36,818 nt of DNA from Candidatus Thiodiazotropha sp. (ex Gloverina cf. vestifex) (lineage in GTDB: Bacteria; Pseudomonadota; Gammaproteobacteria; Chromatiales; Chromatiaceae), in assembly GCA_025656435.1 (NCBI GenBank), contig JAHXHT010000001.1:1-36818 (forward strand), written 5' to 3'. The first letter of the stretch is position 1, and every line of letters starts with the position of its first letter. The notes below the pieces were generated by a model. That model was given only the letters and a program-made list of their open reading frames with translations. It ran no database searches and was not told the origin of the DNA. A program made the position numbers and the translations under genes. Positions 23,837 through 36,081 of the stretch are shown here, in pieces.

Positions 23837-24448
23837 ATGGATCTCAATGTACAAACAGCTGTAGGTGCACAGACACTTCAAGTGTCCGATGAGGTCTTTG
23901 GCGCTGACTTTAAGGAAGCGCTGATCCATCAGGTGGTGACAGCTCACATGGCTGCAGCACGGGCAGGTACAAAGGCACAGAAGAACCGGGCAGCTGTTCG
24001 TGGTGGTGGTGCAAAACCTTTCCGACAAAAAGGCACAGGTCGAGCGCGTGCGGGTACCAGCAGGAGTCCGATCTGGCGTAGCGGTGGTGTGAATTTCGCT
24101 GCCAGTCCACGCAACTTTGCGCAGAAGGTCAATCGCAAGATGTTTCGAGGCGCGATTCGCTCCATCCTCTCTGAGTTGAATCGTCAGGAGCGTCTCGTAG
24201 TTGTCGACGAGATCAATATCGCGGCGCCGAAGACCAAAGAATTGGTTTCAAAACTGAAGGGTATGGATCTGAGGGATGTACTAATCGTGGCGGTCAATCC
24301 GGACGAAAACCTCTATCTTGCAGCTCGTAACCTATATGGCGTTGATGTCTGTGAGGTTAATGATATCGATCCGGTGAGCCTGGTTGCCTATGAAAAGGTC
24401 ATGGTCACGGAAGGTGCGGTGAAGAAACTTGAGGAGCGCTTGGCATGA
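23837..24448 (+). CDS. rplD: 50S ribosomal protein L4
   Basis: [22 protein letters not shown]. Likely start is ATG 23837; GTG 23828 is an alternative. Confidence 0.97.
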   Translation: MDLNVQTAVGAQTLQVSDEVFGADFKEALIHQVVTAHMAAARAGTKAQKNRAAVRGGGAKPFRQKGTGRARAGTSRSPIWRSGGVNFAASPRNFAQKVNRKMFRGAIRSILSELNRQERLVVVDEINIAAPKTKELVSKLKGMDLRDVLIVAVNPDENLYLAARNLYGVDVCEVNDIDPVSLVAYEKVMVTEGAVKKLEERLA

Positions 24449-24741
24449 ATAACGAACGTCTCATGAAAGTGCTGCTCAGCCCATTGGTATCAGAGAAAAG
24501 CAGTGTTATAGCCGATGCCAATCAACAGTACACCTTTCGCGTTGCCACTGATGCAACCAAGCGGGAAATAGCCAAAGCCGTCGAAAAGCTTTTTGAGGTT
24601 CAGGTTGAATCCGTAAAAGTCATCAACGTGAAAGGTAAGCAGAAGCGTTTTGGTAATATCCAAGGTAAACGCCCTGACTGGAAAAAAGCATACGTTCGTC
24701 TTAAGCCCGGTAGCGAAATTGATTTCGCGGCCGGAGCATAA
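24445..24741 (+). CDS. rplW: 50S ribosomal protein L23
   Basis: [17 protein letters not shown]. Confidence 0.99.
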   Translation: MNNERLMKVLLSPLVSEKSSVIADANQQYTFRVATDATKREIAKAVEKLFEVQVESVKVINVKGKQKRFGNIQGKRPDWKKAYVRLKPGSEIDFAAGA

Positions 24742-24764
24742 GCAATTAAAACAGGATTGGGATT

Positions 24765-25592
24765 ATGGCAGTCGTAAAATCTAAACCAACCTCTGCAGGC
24801 CGCAGATTCGTGGTCAAGGTTGTCAATGCCGACCTGCATAAGGGCGAACCTCATGGTCCGCTGCTGGCAAAAAAGAGCAAGTCAGGCGGTCGTAACAACA
24901 ACGGTCGCATCACGACGAGGCATCGCGGCGGTGGTCACAAGCAGCGTTATCGTGTGATCGATTTCAAGCGCAACAAGGAAGGTATTCCTGCAGTTGTCGA
25001 GCGCCTTGAGTACGATCCTAACCGGACGGCTCATATTGCACTGATTCGCTATGCGGATGGTGAGCGTTCATACATCATCGCACCTAGCAGTCTGCACGCA
25101 GGTGACAAGATCGAGTCCGGTAGTGGAGCGCCCATCAAAACGGGTAACTGCCTGCCGTTAAGAAACATCCCTATGGGATCTGTCGTGCATTGTATTGAAA
25201 TGAAGCCTGGCAAGGGTGCACAGATGGCGCGCTCGGCTGGTGCTTCTGTTCAGTTGGTTGCACGTGAAGGCGAGCATGCCACTCTGCGACTTCGTTCCGG
25301 CGAAATGCGCAAGGTACCTGCAGACTGCAGAGCAGTCATCGGTGAAGTGTCAAATTCCGAGCACAATCTTCGCTCTCTGGGTAAGGCTGGGGCAGCACGC
25401 TGGAAGGGTATTCGCCCGACCGTGCGAGGTGTCGCAATGAACCCGGTTGATCACCCGCATGGTGGTGGTGAAGGTCGTACATCCGGCGGTCGCCATCCGG
25501 TCTCTCCATGGGGGACGCCGACCAAGGGTTATAAGACCCGTACTAACAAGCGTACGAACAAAATGATCGTACGTCGTCGAAATCGTAAATAA
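24765..25592 (+). CDS. rplB: 50S ribosomal protein L2
   Basis: [35 protein letters not shown]. Confidence 0.99.
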   Translation: MAVVKSKPTSAGRRFVVKVVNADLHKGEPHGPLLAKKSKSGGRNNNGRITTRHRGGGHKQRYRVIDFKRNKEGIPAVVERLEYDPNRTAHIALIRYADGERSYIIAPSSLHAGDKIESGSGAPIKTGNCLPLRNIPMGSVVHCIEMKPGKGAQMARSAGASVQLVAREGEHATLRLRSGEMRKVPADCRAVIGEVSNSEHNLRSLGKAGAARWKGIRPTVRGVAMNPVDHPHGGGEGRTSGGRHPVSPWGTPTKGYKTRTNKRTNKMIVRRRNRK

Positions 25593-25611
25593 ATGATTAG
25601 GGGTTAGAGTC

Positions 25612-25884
25612 GTGCCACGTTCAATCAGAAAAGGGCCATTTATCGACCACCATCTTGCTAAGAAAGTGGATGATGCCGTAGCTCAGAACAACAAACGACC
25701 GATCAAGACCTGGTCGCGTAGATCAGTCGTTTTGCCGGAAATGGTAGGTCTAACCATTGCGGTGCACAATGGAAGACAGCATGTCCCTGTACTGATCTCA
25801 GAAAACATGGTCGGACATAAATTGGGCGAATTCGCACAGACTCGAACCTATCGTGGTCACGCTGCGGATAGAAAGTCCAAGTAG
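25612..25884 (+). CDS. rpsS: 30S ribosomal protein S19
   Basis: [25 protein letters not shown]; GTG start. Confidence 0.99.
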   Translation: MPRSIRKGPFIDHHLAKKVDDAVAQNNKRPIKTWSRRSVVLPEMVGLTIAVHNGRQHVPVLISENMVGHKLGEFAQTRTYRGHAADRKSK

Positions 25885-25892
25885 AGGATTAG

Positions 25893-26228
25893 ATGATGCA
25901 GACAACAGCTAAATTGCGCCATGCCCGCATCGCAGCTCAGAAAGGGCGATTGGTGGCAGACCAGATTCGTGGCTTACCTGTAGAGCAGGCACTAAATATT
26001 CTTGCGTTCAGCAAGAAAAAGGGTGCCGTGCTGGTTAAAAAGGTACTTGAGTCAGCCATTGCCAATGCCGAGCATAACGAAGGTGCTGATATCGATGAGC
26101 TGACAGTGTCCGCCGTCAGCGTAGACGAAGGGCCTACCATGAAGCGCATACGTGCTCGGGCTAAAGGCCGTGCATCCCGGATTCTAAAGCGAACCAGTCA
26201 CATTAATGTGACTGTCGCAGATAAGTAA
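25893..26228 (+). CDS. rplV: 50S ribosomal protein L22
   Basis: [23 protein letters not shown]. Confidence 0.99.
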   Translation: MMQTTAKLRHARIAAQKGRLVADQIRGLPVEQALNILAFSKKKGAVLVKKVLESAIANAEHNEGADIDELTVSAVSVDEGPTMKRIRARAKGRASRILKRTSHINVTVADK

Positions 26229-26246
26229 CAGGCAAGAGAGGCCGAA

Positions 26247-26942
26247 ATGGGTCAGAAAGTACATCCAACTGGTATACGGCTCGGTATCGTTAAAGACTGG
26301 ACGTCTAAGTGGTATGCAGATTCAAAGCATTATGCGGATCTGCTGAATAACGATCTCGAAGTGCGTGAGTTTCTGAAAAAGCGTCTGTCACAGGCCTCAG
26401 TCAGTCGTATTCAGATTGATCGCCCAGCCAATAACGCACACATCACTGTTCATACTGCTCGCCCAGGTTTGGTGATCGGTAAGAAAGGTGAGGATATCGA
26501 TGCGTTGAGGGCTGAGGTCTCTAGCATGATGGGCGTTCCTGTCCACATGAGCATTGAAGAGATCCGCAAGCCTGAGCTTGATGCCCAGCTTGTCGCTGAA
26601 GGCATTGCTCAGCAACTGGAACGTCGTGTCATGTTCAGACGTGCCATGAAACGTTCTGTTCAAAACGCCATGCGTCTAGGTGCTGGCGGCATCAAGGTAA
26701 ATATCGGTGGCCGTTTGAATGGCGCTGAAATCGCGCGCTCGGAATGGTATCGCGAGGGTCGTGTCCCCCTGCATACACTGCGTGCCGATATCGATTACGG
26801 ATTTGCAGAAGCTAACACGACATACGGCATTATTGGTGTGAAAGCATGGATCTTCAAAGGCGAAGTCTTTGGGGATCGCGAAGAAGTGAAAGCCGAATCT
26901 AAGCCTAAAATTAAGGCTGCACCGGCGGGAAAGAGGTCGTAA
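26247..26942 (+). CDS. rpsC: 30S ribosomal protein S3
   Basis: [38 protein letters not shown]. Confidence 0.99.
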   Translation: MGQKVHPTGIRLGIVKDWTSKWYADSKHYADLLNNDLEVREFLKKRLSQASVSRIQIDRPANNAHITVHTARPGLVIGKKGEDIDALRAEVSSMMGVPVHMSIEEIRKPELDAQLVAEGIAQQLERRVMFRRAMKRSVQNAMRLGAGGIKVNIGGRLNGAEIARSEWYREGRVPLHTLRADIDYGFAEANTTYGIIGVKAWIFKGEVFGDREEVKAESKPKIKAAPAGKRS

Positions 26943-26945
26943 GTC

Positions 26946-27359
26946 ATGTTACAGCCAAAACGAACAAAGTTTCGCAAGCAGCATAAGGGACGCAATCGCG
27001 GTTTGGCCTTTGCGGGTAGTGATGTCTCTTTCGGCGAGTTTGGATTGAAGTCTACGGGTCGTGGGCGAATCACAGCTCGTCAGATTGAGTCTGCTCGTCG
27101 TGCAATAACTCGACACGTCAAACGTGGTGGGAAAATCTGGATTCGTGTTTTTCCCGATAAGCCTATTACCAAGAAACCCTTGGAAGTTCGTCAGGGTAAA
27201 GGTAAGGGTAATGTTGAGTACTGGGTAGCGCAGATCCAACCTGGTCGCATGCTGTATGAAATTGAAGGAATATCCGAGGAACTGGCGCGTGAAGCATTTG
27301 CTCTTGCTTCAGCGAAGCTGCCTGTCTCCACCACCTTTGTGAAGCGGACGGTGATGTAG
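26946..27359 (+). CDS. rplP: 50S ribosomal protein L16
   Basis: [30 protein letters not shown]. Confidence 0.99.
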   Translation: MLQPKRTKFRKQHKGRNRGLAFAGSDVSFGEFGLKSTGRGRITARQIESARRAITRHVKRGGKIWIRVFPDKPITKKPLEVRQGKGKGNVEYWVAQIQPGRMLYEIEGISEELAREAFALASAKLPVSTTFVKRTVM

Positions 27360-27559
27360 TGAAAGCAACAGAATTACGTCAAAAATCAAAGGATGAACTG
27401 AACACGACTCTTGATGAGTTGCTGAAAGAGCAGTTCAACCTGCGCATGCAGCGTGGAACCGGTCAATTGTCACGTCCATCCCGCATGAATGAAGTGCGAA
27501 AAGATATTGCGCGCATAAAAACTCTTATGAACGAAAAACAGTTGGGTGATGCATCATGA
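27359..27559 (+). CDS. rpmC: 50S ribosomal protein L29
   Basis: [18 protein letters not shown]; GTG start overlaps the rplP stop. Confidence 0.98.
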   Translation: MKATELRQKSKDELNTTLDELLKEQFNLRMQRGTGQLSRPSRMNEVRKDIARIKTLMNEKQLGDAS

Positions 27560-27816
27560 GTGAACAGGAATCCAACAACCGTACACTGGTGGGCCAGGTG
27601 ACCAGCGATTCGATGGATAAGTCGATCACGGTTTCTGTTGAGCGCCGTGTAAAGCATCCTGTCTATGGAAAGTTTTTACGTCGTTCCACCAAGGTTCATG
27701 CACATGATGAGACAAACGAGTGTCACATTGGCGATACCGTGATGGTTGAGCAGTGCCGACCCCTGTCTAAAACCAAGACATGGCGTTTGGTGAAAGTGCT
27801 GGAGCGTGCTAGCTGA
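27556..27816 (+). CDS. rpsQ: 30S ribosomal protein S17
   Basis: [28 protein letters not shown]. Confidence 0.99.
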   Translation: MSEQESNNRTLVGQVTSDSMDKSITVSVERRVKHPVYGKFLRRSTKVHAHDETNECHIGDTVMVEQCRPLSKTKTWRLVKVLERAS

Positions 27817-27869
27817 CATTTATTGTCAAGCAGGCGACCAATCTAACTATTTGGAATTAGGGCAATACC

Positions 27870-28238
27870 ATGATTCAGATGCAGACCAACCTCAGTGTGG
27901 CTGACAACAGCGGCGCTAAGCGCGTTCAGTGCATAAAAGTGCTTGGTGGTTCTCATCGCCGCTATGCGGGTATCGGAGACATTGTAAAAGTCAGTGTTAA
28001 AGATGCCATCCCACGCGGTAAAGTAAAAAAAGGCGATGTTTACAACGCTGTCGTTGTGCGCACAAAAAAGGGTGTTCGTCGCCCGGATGGCTCCGTTATC
28101 CGTTTTGATTCGAATGCAGCAGTATTACTCAATAATACCCTGCAGCCGATCGGCACACGTATTTTCGGCCCTGTTACCCGTGAATTAAGGAGTGAGCGCT
28201 TTATGAAAATTATTTCGCTGGCTCCAGAAGTTTTGTGA
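27870..28238 (+). CDS. rplN: 50S ribosomal protein L14
   Basis: [28 protein letters not shown]. Confidence 0.99.
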   Translation: MIQMQTNLSVADNSGAKRVQCIKVLGGSHRRYAGIGDIVKVSVKDAIPRGKVKKGDVYNAVVVRTKKGVRRPDGSVIRFDSNAAVLLNNTLQPIGTRIFGPVTRELRSERFMKIISLAPEVL

Positions 28239-28248
28239 GGCAACATAA

Positions 28249-28569
28249 ATGGCAAACAAGATAAAGAAGGGTGACGAGGTAGTCGTCATTGCAGGTAAAG
28301 ACAAGGGAAAGCGTGGAAGCGTTATCCGGATCCTGGATAATGATCGCCTAGTCGTCGAAAACGTCAATATGGCAAAAAAGCATACCAAGCCTAATCCTAA
28401 CAAGGGTGAGCCAGGTGGTATCCTTGATAAAGAAATGCCGCTGCACATTTCCAATGTGGCCCTCTACAACCCGACCACTGACAAAGGTGATCGGGTAGGC
28501 TTTAAAATTCTTGAAGACGGCAAGAAGGTTCGAGTATTCAAATCGAATCAAGAAGTCGTTGATATCTAA
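28249..28569 (+). CDS. rplX: 50S ribosomal protein L24
   Basis: KOW motif [25 protein letters not shown]. Confidence 0.99.
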   Translation: MANKIKKGDEVVVIAGKDKGKRGSVIRILDNDRLVVENVNMAKKHTKPNPNKGEPGGILDKEMPLHISNVALYNPTTDKGDRVGFKILEDGKKVRVFKSNQEVVDI

Positions 28570-28582
28570 GGCGTGATAAGAC

Positions 28583-29122
28583 ATGGCTAGGTTACAGCAA
28601 CACTACAAAGAGACGGTTGTCCAGGATCTAATGGGCAAGTTTCAGTTTAAGAGCGTCATGCAAGTGCCAAAAATCACTAAAATCACCTTGAATATGGGTG
28701 TTGGTGAGGCAATCGGTGACAAGAAGGTTCTCGAATTCGCAGTCAACGACATGGAAAAGATTGCAGGTCAGAAAGTGGTGATCACCCATGCCCGTAAATC
28801 CATCGCTGGCTTCAAGCTCAGAGAGGGATGGCCCATAGGCTGTAAGGTGACGCTTCGTAGAGAGCAGATGTACGAATTTCTAGATCGTCTTATCAGCGTT
28901 GCCATTCCACGTATACGAGATTTCCGTGGTATGAGTGCTAAAGCATTTGATGGGCGTGGAAACTACTCTATGGGCGTCAAAGAGCAGATCATTTTCCCTG
29001 AAATTGATTACGATAAGATTGATGCACTGCGTGGTATGGACATCACGATTACTACCACGGCAAAGAACGATGAGGAAGGTCGCGCCCTCCTTGAAGCCTT
29101 TAAATTCCCTTTCAAGAGCTGA
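28583..29122 (+). CDS. rplE: 50S ribosomal protein L5
   Basis: [30 protein letters not shown]. Confidence 0.99.
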   Translation: MARLQQHYKETVVQDLMGKFQFKSVMQVPKITKITLNMGVGEAIGDKKVLEFAVNDMEKIAGQKVVITHARKSIAGFKLREGWPIGCKVTLRREQMYEFLDRLISVAIPRIRDFRGMSAKAFDGRGNYSMGVKEQIIFPEIDYDKIDALRGMDITITTTAKNDEEGRALLEAFKFPFKS

Positions 29123-29130
29123 GTTCAGAT

Positions 29131-29436
29131 ATGGCTAAAAAGAGCATGATCGCACGCGAAACAAAGCGTGCAAAAACAGCAAACCGCTTCGCCGCCAAAC
29201 GTGAAGCCCTAAAGGCTGTGATCAAAAACCCGAACAGCAGCTTTGAAGAGATCGAAAAAGCCACGCTGATGATGCAGAAGCTGCCGAGAGATGCCAGCCC
29301 GGCAAGAAAGCATAATCGCTGCAGGGTTACAGGTCGTCCTCATGGTTACTATCGTAAGTTCGGCCTCTGCCGCAATAAATTGCGTGAAGCAGCCATGCGT
29401 GGTGATGTGCCCGGTCTTGTAAAAGCAAGCTGGTAA
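29131..29436 (+). CDS. rpsN: 30S ribosomal protein S14 (long, 101-aa form)
   Basis: [28 protein letters not shown]. Confidence 0.99.
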   Translation: MAKKSMIARETKRAKTANRFAAKREALKAVIKNPNSSFEEIEKATLMMQKLPRDASPARKHNRCRVTGRPHGYYRKFGLCRNKLREAAMRGDVPGLVKASW

Positions 29437-29452
29437 CAGTATAATTTCGCGC
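29417..29452 (+). promoter_or_regulatory. Putative internal sigma70 promoter upstream of rpsH
   Basis: TTGTAA (29417-29422, inside rpsN), 17-nt spacer, TATAAT (29440-29445), TTCGCGC. Confidence 0.6.
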
Positions 29453-29456
29453 TTTT

Positions 29457-29489
29457 CCGGGCTCACGTGGCCCGGTTTTGCTATTTTTT
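29457..29489 (+). terminator. Terminator-like hairpin between rpsN and rpsH
   Basis: CCGGGC-TCACGTG-GCCCGG followed by TTTTGCTATTTTTT. Confidence 0.5.
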
Positions 29490-29531
29490 GGTATCGCGTC
29501 GTAAAGGCGGACTGACCTTAGGAGCTCATCA

Positions 29532-29927
29532 ATGAGTATGTCGGATCCCATCGCGGATATGCTTACACGCATCCGTAACGGACAAGCAGCTAAAAAGACA
29601 ATCGTCGAGCTGCCATCATCCAAGCAGAAGCTGGCAATCGCCAACCTCTTGAAAAAAGAAGGTTTTCTCCAGGAAGTGAACCTAAGCGACAAGGCAGCTA
29701 AACCGACCTTAGTGCTGGAGTTGCGATATTTTCAGGGTCGCCCCGTTATTGACTTGATTAAACGGGTAAGCCGTCCAGGTTTACGCGTCTACAAGGGTAG
29801 GGATGAGCTGCCTAAAGTACGTGATGGTCTCGGTGTTGCGATCATATCCACTTCAAAGGGTGTGATGACGGACCGGGCTGCTCGGGATATCGGACAGGGC
29901 GGTGAAGTCGTCGCCTTCGTCGCGTAG
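29532..29927 (+). CDS. rpsH: 30S ribosomal protein S8
   Basis: [29 protein letters not shown]. Confidence 0.99.
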   Translation: MSMSDPIADMLTRIRNGQAAKKTIVELPSSKQKLAIANLLKKEGFLQEVNLSDKAAKPTLVLELRYFQGRPVIDLIKRVSRPGLRVYKGRDELPKVRDGLGVAIISTSKGVMTDRAARDIGQGGEVVAFVA

Positions 29928-29938
29928 GGGGATTTGAA

Positions 29939-30472
29939 ATGTCACGTGTAGCAAAGAACCCTATTACACTACCGTCTGGCGTCACTATCAAGAAAGACGG
30001 CCAGTCAGTCACGATCAAAGGTCCTAAAGGCGAGTTGGGTATGGCTGTCCATCCTTCCATTGAGCTCAATGAGGAGAATAGCGCCCTGACCGTTAAGCCT
30101 TTGACTGAAGATAAACAATCCTGGGCAATGGCCGGCACCATGCGAGCGCTCGTTAACAACATGGTGACAGGTGTCACGCAGGGTTTCGAACGAAAGCTTC
30201 AGCTTGTTGGTGTGGGGTATCGTGCTCAAGCTGGTGGCAAGGCGCTTAATCTGAATCTGGGCTTTTCACATCCCATTGATTATCCGGTACCAGAGGGAAT
30301 TAGCATTGCGACTCCCTCTGCCACTGAGATCGTTGTTACCGGTAGTGACAAGCAGCGCGTTGGCCAGGTGGCCGCGGAGATCCGCGCATTTCGTCCACCG
30401 GAGCCTTATAAGGGTAAAGGTGTTCGTTACGCAGATGAGCAGGTTGTGCGTAAAGAAGCCAAGAAGAAATAG
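29939..30472 (+). CDS. rplF: 50S ribosomal protein L6
   Basis: [25 protein letters not shown]. Confidence 0.99.
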   Translation: MSRVAKNPITLPSGVTIKKDGQSVTIKGPKGELGMAVHPSIELNEENSALTVKPLTEDKQSWAMAGTMRALVNNMVTGVTQGFERKLQLVGVGYRAQAGGKALNLNLGFSHPIDYPVPEGISIATPSATEIVVTGSDKQRVGQVAAEIRAFRPPEPYKGKGVRYADEQVVRKEAKKK

Positions 30473-30480
30473 GTATTACG

Positions 30481-30837
30481 ATGGACAAGAAAGAATCACG
30501 TATACGTCGCGGTCGACGCACTCGGGCCAAGATTCGCGAACTGGGTGTGCACAGACTTTCTGTGTATCGTACTCCACGTCACATCTACGCACAGGTTATC
30601 AGCGCGGATGGCTCGAAGGTACTGGCTAGCGCCTCAACCCTGGACAAGGCTGTTCGAGGAGAGATCAATGGCGCGACTGGTAACGCCAGCGCAGCATCCG
30701 TTGTAGGCAAGTTTATTGCTGAACGTGCAAAAACTGCCGGTGTCGAAAGTGTTGCTTTCGATCGCTCTGGCTTCCGTTTCCACGGGCGTGTCAAAGCGCT
30801 TGCCGATGCCGCGCGTGAAGCCGGTCTTCAATTCTAA
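30481..30837 (+). CDS. rplR: 50S ribosomal protein L18
   Basis: [28 protein letters not shown]. Confidence 0.99.
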   Translation: MDKKESRIRRGRRTRAKIRELGVHRLSVYRTPRHIYAQVISADGSKVLASASTLDKAVRGEINGATGNASAASVVGKFIAERAKTAGVESVAFDRSGFRFHGRVKALADAAREAGLQF

Positions 30838-30848
30838 AGGTCAGGAAT

Positions 30849-31355
30849 ATGGCAAATTTTAATGCAAAGCCTGAAGGTGACGAGCTGCTCGAAAAGCTCA
30901 TCAATGTAAACCGGGTTGCAAAGGTGGTTAAAGGCGGCCGTCAATTTGGCTTCTCTGCACTGACAGTGGTTGGAGATGGCAAAGGTCGAGTTGGCTTCGG
31001 TACTGGTAAGGCGCGCGAAGTGCCGATTGCCATTCAAAAGGCAATGGAGACTGCTCGCAAGAATATGGTCGATGTGAAGTTGTCCGGTTCTACCCTGCAG
31101 TACCCACTCGTTGGAAGACATGGTGCTGCTAAGGTCTACATGCAGCCAGCCTCAGAAGGTACCGGCATTATCGCCGGTGGCGCCATGCGCGCTGTCTTTG
31201 AGGTGCTGGGTGTGCATAACGTTTTGGCCAAATGTATTGGTACAAATAATCCTATTAACGTAGTACGCGCCACTATTGAAGGCTTGAATAATATGACAGA
31301 CGCTGAGTCTGTTGCGCTTAAGCGCGGTAAAACTGTTGAAGAGATTCAGGGGTAA
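30849..31355 (+). CDS. rpsE: 30S ribosomal protein S5
   Basis: [26 protein letters not shown]. Confidence 0.99.
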   Translation: MANFNAKPEGDELLEKLINVNRVAKVVKGGRQFGFSALTVVGDGKGRVGFGTGKAREVPIAIQKAMETARKNMVDVKLSGSTLQYPLVGRHGAAKVYMQPASEGTGIIAGGAMRAVFEVLGVHNVLAKCIGTNNPINVVRATIEGLNNMTDAESVALKRGKTVEEIQG

Positions 31356-31358
31356 GTC

Positions 31359-31547
31359 ATGGCTGGCAAAAAAATGATCCAAGTCACCCTGGTGCGTAGT
31401 GTGAGTGGTCGCCTCAAGAGTCATAAAGCTTGTGTACATGGCCTTGGCTTACGGCGGATGCACCAGACCGTCAAAGTGGAAGATACGCCTTGTACGCGCG
31501 GTATGGTTAACAAGGTCAACTACATGGTCAAGGTCGAGGAGGCCTAA
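31359..31547 (+). CDS. rpmD: 50S ribosomal protein L30
   Basis: VTLVRS, GLGLRR, GMVNKV; lies between rpsE and rplO. Confidence 0.98.
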   Translation: MAGKKMIQVTLVRSVSGRLKSHKACVHGLGLRRMHQTVKVEDTPCTRGMVNKVNYMVKVEEA

Positions 31548-31548
31548 C

Positions 31549-31980
31549 ATGCGACTAAATACATTACAGCCTGCCCCAGGCAGTAAGTCAGATCGTAAGC
31601 GCGTTGGTCGCGGGATCGGTAGTGGACTGGGAAAAACAGCTGGCCGCGGGCACAAAGGCCAAAAGTCACGCTCGGGCGGCTTTCATAAAGTAGGCTTTGA
31701 GGGCGGGCAGATGCCGCTTCAGCGCCGCTTGCCTAAAGTCGGATTCGTGTCTCAGGTCTCTTTGGTAACTGCTGAGGTTCGTTTGAGTGAACTCAGTAAA
31801 GTCGAAGGTGACGAAATTACTCTTGAGATGCTGAAAAAGGCAGGTGTGATCGCCAAATCGACCAAGCACGCAAAAGTCTTTGCCTCTGGCAGTGTTGATC
31901 GTGCGGTCAAGGTCATTGGCCTGCGTGTCAGCAAGGGTGCAAAAGCAGCCATTGAAGCTGCTGGTGGTTCGGTAGAATAA
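31549..31980 (+). CDS. rplO: 50S ribosomal protein L15
   Basis: [38 protein letters not shown]. True start is ATG 31549 after GAGGAGG; the track ORF is over-extended into rpmD. Confidence 0.98.
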   Translation: MRLNTLQPAPGSKSDRKRVGRGIGSGLGKTAGRGHKGQKSRSGGFHKVGFEGGQMPLQRRLPKVGFVSQVSLVTAEVRLSELSKVEGDEITLEMLKKAGVIAKSTKHAKVFASGSVDRAVKVIGLRVSKGAKAAIEAAGGSVE

Positions 31981-31982
31981 TC

Positions 31983-33335
31983 ATGGCCAGTAAAGGCGCG
32001 GCAACGATGGGAGCATTGAGCGGCATGGGCCGACTGACCGAATTGCGTCAGCGACTGCTGTTCGTTGCTGGTGCGTTACTGGTTTTTCGTATCGGTACCT
32101 TTATCCCCGTTCCCGGTGTGAACCCTGTTGCGCTAGCGGCACTATTCGAACAGGCGCAAGGCTCCATTCTAGACATGTTTAACATGTTTTCTGGCGGAGC
32201 GCTGGAACGTGCCAGCCTATTCGCACTTGGTATCATGCCCTACATCTCTGCATCCATTATTATGCAGTTGATGTCTGCAGTGGTGCCCACTCTCGAACAA
32301 TTGAAAAAAGAGGGTGAGGCCGGTCGTAGAAAGATAACCCAGTACACCCGTTATGGCACTGTTGTGCTGGCCACTTTCCAGGCGGTGGGCATCTCGATTG
32401 CCCTGCAAAGCCAGACAGTTGGTGGAGAAACTGTGGTCATAAACCAAGGTGTTGGTTTTATTGTCACAGCTACCGTTTCACTGGTGACCGGAACCATGTT
32501 TCTTATGTGGTTGGGTGAGCAGATTACAGAGCGGGGTATCGGTAACGGTATCTCTATGATTATCTTCGCCGGCATAGTTGCAGGTTTACCTGCGGCAATT
32601 GGTGGTACGTTGGAACTGGCTCGAACCGGCGAAATGAATGCACTGACCATTCTCTTGTTGTTTGTACTGGCCATTGCAGTGACTGGTTTTGTCGTTTTTG
32701 TCGAAAGAGGGCAACGACGAATCACCATTAATTATGCAAAGCGTCAGCAAGGCAGAAAGATGCTGGCTGCTCAGAGCACTCACCTGCCTTTGAAGCTTAA
32801 TATGGCTGGTGTAATTCCACCAATTTTTGCATCGAGTATCATCCTTTTTCCTGCTACCCTCGGGCAGTTTTTTGGTAATACGGAAGGTACAAGATGGATT
32901 CAAGATATCTTTTCAAAGTTATCGCCTGGTGAGCCCGTTTACGTGATGGCTTACGCTGCCGCGATTATTTTCTTCTGTTTCTTTTATACGGCGTTAGTAT
33001 TCAACTCACGCGAGACTGCTGACAACCTGAAGCGATCGGGCGCTTTTATCCCAGGAATTCGCCCAGGTGAGCAGACTGCCAAGTATATCGATGGGGTCAT
33101 GTCTCGGCTGACTCTGGCAGGTGCTATCTACATCACACTGGTCTGCCTGCTGCCGGAATTTCTTATTGTCGGTTGGAATGTGCCCTTCTATTTCGGTGGT
33201 ACATCGCTACTTATCATCGTAGTGGTAGTTATGGATTTCATGGCTCAGGTGCAGGCGCATCTGATGTCACATCAATATGAAGGCTTGATGAAGAAAGCTA
33301 ATCTCAAAGGCAGTGGTGCCGGGTTGATTCGCTAA
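31983..33335 (+). CDS. secY: Preprotein translocase subunit SecY
   Basis: [46 protein letters not shown]; multi-pass membrane protein. Confidence 0.99.
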   Translation: MASKGAATMGALSGMGRLTELRQRLLFVAGALLVFRIGTFIPVPGVNPVALAALFEQAQGSILDMFNMFSGGALERASLFALGIMPYISASIIMQLMSAVVPTLEQLKKEGEAGRRKITQYTRYGTVVLATFQAVGISIALQSQTVGGETVVINQGVGFIVTATVSLVTGTMFLMWLGEQITERGIGNGISMIIFAGIVAGLPAAIGGTLELARTGEMNALTILLLFVLAIAVTGFVVFVERGQRRITINYAKRQQGRKMLAAQSTHLPLKLNMAGVIPPIFASSIILFPATLGQFFGNTEGTRWIQDIFSKLSPGEPVYVMAYAAAIIFFCFFYTALVFNSRETADNLKRSGAFIPGIRPGEQTAKYIDGVMSRLTLAGAIYITLVCLLPEFLIVGWNVPFYFGGTSLLIIVVVVMDFMAQVQAHLMSHQYEGLMKKANLKGSGAGLIR

Positions 33336-33371
33336 TCAAGCGTTATTAAGACAACGACTGGAGTTGATTTC

Positions 33372-33485
33372 ATGAAAGTGCGTGCATCAGTAAAAAAGAT
33401 CTGCCGCAATTGCAAGATCGTACGTCGTAACGGCGTCGTTCGAGTGATTTGCAAAGAAGGCCGTCATAAGCAGCGCCAGGGCTGA
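33372..33485 (+). CDS. rpmJ: 50S ribosomal protein L36 (Zn-binding C+ form)
   Basis: Below the track length cutoff. My translation: [37 protein letters not shown], with CxxC..C..H ligands; RBS GGAG upstream. Confidence 0.97.
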   Translation: MKVRASVKKICRNCKIVRRNGVVRVICKEGRHKQRQG

Positions 33486-33511
33486 GTGTCGAAAAATTTA
33501 TTCGCTGCGTC

Positions 33512-33546
33512 TTGATAGAGGACGCTGCGTAGAGTAATATTGCGCG
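33512..33546 (+). promoter_or_regulatory. Sigma70 promoter of the alpha operon
   Basis: TTGATA (33512-33517), 17-nt spacer, TAATAT (33535-33540), TGCGCG. Confidence 0.7.
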
Positions 33547-33592
33547 TTTCCCTTCGGTGGGATGCCGCTAGGGTTGTTCAGGAGACTAGAAA

Positions 33593-33949
33593 ATGGCTCG
33601 AATTGCAGGGGTCAACATTCCGGACCGTAAACATGCTGTCATCGCTTTGACTTCGATTTACGGAATCGGCCGCACACGTGCCAACGATATCTGTAAAGAG
33701 GCAGGCATCGAACCGCAGGTCAAGATACAGGAGTTGAGTGAAGACCAGATCGAATCGATTCGATCAATCATCGCTCGCTACACGCTGGAAGGTGATCTGC
33801 GTCGTGAGATCTCCATGAATATCAAGCGCTTGATGGACCTCGGTTGTAATCGCGGCATCCGACATCGTCGTGGTCTTCCGCTTCGTGGTCAGCGTACGCG
33901 GACGAATGCACGCACCCGTAAGGGACCGCGTCGCCCGATCAAGCGTTAA
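33593..33949 (+). CDS. rpsM: 30S ribosomal protein S13
   Basis: [29 protein letters not shown]. Confidence 0.99.
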   Translation: MARIAGVNIPDRKHAVIALTSIYGIGRTRANDICKEAGIEPQVKIQELSEDQIESIRSIIARYTLEGDLRREISMNIKRLMDLGCNRGIRHRRGLPLRGQRTRTNARTRKGPRRPIKR

Positions 33950-33985
33950 TTGAACAAATAATTTTCGAATCTGTAGGTACAGAAG

Positions 33986-34375
33986 ATGGCAAAACCCAGT
34001 AGCCGTGCCAAGAAGAAAGTAAAAAAGAGCGTAACCGATGGTGTTGCGCACATTCATGCTTCCTTCAACAACACAATCATCACTATCAGTGACCGCCAAG
34101 GTAATGCACTTGCATGGGCGACCTCTGGTGGTTCAGGATTTCGCGGATCACGGAAGAGTACGCCTTTTGCGGCTCAGGTAGCTGCAGACCGTGTAGGTCA
34201 GATGGTTAAGGAATACGGCGTAAAAAATCTGGACGTCAACGTAAAAGGCCCAGGTCCTGGACGTGAATCTGCCGTACGTGCGCTTAACAATGCTGGCTTT
34301 AAAATCACCAGCATCTCAGATGTTACGCCGATCCCACATAATGGCTGTCGTCCGCCCAAAAAGCGCCGCGTCTAA
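33986..34375 (+). CDS. rpsK: 30S ribosomal protein S11
   Basis: [35 protein letters not shown]. Confidence 0.99.
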   Translation: MAKPSSRAKKKVKKSVTDGVAHIHASFNNTIITISDRQGNALAWATSGGSGFRGSRKSTPFAAQVAADRVGQMVKEYGVKNLDVNVKGPGPGRESAVRALNNAGFKITSISDVTPIPHNGCRPPKKRRV

Positions 34376-34391
34376 TTTCTGGAGTTAAATC

Positions 34392-35012
34392 ATGGCTAGG
34401 TATATCGGACCAAAATGCAAGCTGAGCCGGAGAGAAGGCACAGACCTTTTTCTCAAGAGTCGCGTTAGGTCACTCGATTCCAAGTGTAATATGGAGAAGG
34501 TACCGGGTCAGGCGGGCGATCGTCGACGCCGTGTCTCTGATTACGGTTTGCAGCTGCGTGAGAAGCAGAAAGTACGCCGTATCTATGGTGTGATGGAAAA
34601 GCAATTCCGTAATTATTATAAGGCCGCTGCTCAGGACAAAGGTGCTACGGGTGAGAACCTGTTGCAACTACTTGAAATGCGCCTCGATAATATCGTATAT
34701 CGCATGGGTTTTGGTTCAACGCGCGCAGAAGCGCGTCAGTTGGTAAGCCACAAAGCCATCGAAGTGAATGGAAAAATAGTCAATATACCCTCCTTTAATG
34801 TAAAGGCAGAGGACGAAGTTTCTATACGCGAAAAAGCGAAAAAACAGCTGAGGATTCAGGGAGCACTCGAGTTACAAGGCCAATATGGTTTTGTCGACTG
34901 GGTTGAGGTGGATCCCAAATCGATGAAAGGTAAGCTGAAACGCGTACCTGATCGTTCAGATCTTTCCGCAGAAATCAACGAACAGCTGGTCGTCGAGCTC
35001 TACTCCAAGTAG
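34392..35012 (+). CDS. rpsD: 30S ribosomal protein S4
   Basis: [35 protein letters not shown]. Confidence 0.99.
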   Translation: MARYIGPKCKLSRREGTDLFLKSRVRSLDSKCNMEKVPGQAGDRRRRVSDYGLQLREKQKVRRIYGVMEKQFRNYYKAAAQDKGATGENLLQLLEMRLDNIVYRMGFGSTRAEARQLVSHKAIEVNGKIVNIPSFNVKAEDEVSIREKAKKQLRIQGALELQGQYGFVDWVEVDPKSMKGKLKRVPDRSDLSAEINEQLVVELYSK

Positions 35013-35036
35013 TAGACACTGACGAGAGGAAAATAC

Positions 35037-36035
35037 ATGACCGAAAGCGTTACGGAGTTTCTCAAACCTCGCATCGTGAATGTTCAGCAGATCACAGGCA
35101 CTCGTGCAAAGGTGACGCTTGAACCGCTTGAGAGAGGATTTGGACATACCTTGGGTAATGCCTTGAGACGCATTCTGCTCTCATCGATGCCGGGTAGTGC
35201 AATCACTGAAGTTGAGATTGCTGATGTGCTTCATGAGTACACCACTATGGAGGGTGTGCAGGAAGACGTACTTGATGTGCTGCTGAATCTTAAGCAGGTT
35301 GCGATTGTCATGCATACACGTGACGAGGCCACTTTAAGATTACAGAAAAAAGGACCGGGACAGGTGCTGGCAAGTGATATCACCATCGACCACGATGTTG
35401 AGATTGCCAATCCTGATCATGTTATTGCAACCTTGACGAAGTCAGGTGAGATTAACATGACCTTGAATGTGAGACGTGGGCGTGGCTATCAGCCTGCCGC
35501 CGTACGTCAGAGTTCAGCCGGCGATGACCGCCCTATCGGCATGTTGCAGGTTGATGCATCTTTCAGTCCTGTACGCAACGTGGCCTACGCTGTTGAGTCG
35601 GCACGTGTGGAGCAGAATACGGATCTGGATCGGCTGGTCATCGAGCTTGAGACTAACGGTACCATTGATCCTGAAGAGGCGATCAGAAGGTCAGCAAATA
35701 TTCTTCGTGATCAGCTCTCTGTTTTTGTTGATCTTGAAGCAGAAGCTGCAGAGTCAGTGGCAGAGCCAGAAGAGCCAGCGATTGATCCGATACTACTACG
35801 GCCTGTCGACGATCTCGAGCTGACTGTGCGTTCAGCCAACTGCCTCAAAGCAGAAAATATCTTCTTGATTGGTGACCTGATTCAACGCACCGAAGTCGAG
35901 TTGCTGAAAACCCCTAACCTGGGTAAGAAGTCACTCACAGAGATCAAGGACGTGTTAGCCCGTCGCGGGCTTTCGCTAGGCATGCGACTCGAGCGCTGGC
36001 CACCGGAGAATATAGAAGAGCAACTAGCACACTAG
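35037..36035 (+). CDS. rpoA: DNA-directed RNA polymerase subunit alpha
   Basis: [22 protein letters not shown], alpha-[22 protein letters not shown]. Confidence 0.99.
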   Translation: MTESVTEFLKPRIVNVQQITGTRAKVTLEPLERGFGHTLGNALRRILLSSMPGSAITEVEIADVLHEYTTMEGVQEDVLDVLLNLKQVAIVMHTRDEATLRLQKKGPGQVLASDITIDHDVEIANPDHVIATLTKSGEINMTLNVRRGRGYQPAAVRQSSAGDDRPIGMLQVDASFSPVRNVAYAVESARVEQNTDLDRLVIELETNGTIDPEEAIRRSANILRDQLSVFVDLEAEAAESVAEPEEPAIDPILLRPVDDLELTVRSANCLKAENIFLIGDLIQRTEVELLKTPNLGKKSLTEIKDVLARRGLSLGMRLERWPPENIEEQLAH

Positions 36036-36081
36036 TTGTTTCTGGACACTAAACACACTTTGAATTTAGGAAAGTCGACCC

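Noticed and set aside
27817-27869. Possible spc promoter and small TGACA/TGTCA palindrome between rpsQ and rplN
   Set aside because: No -10 element at correct spacing; the palindrome is too short to call as an operator.
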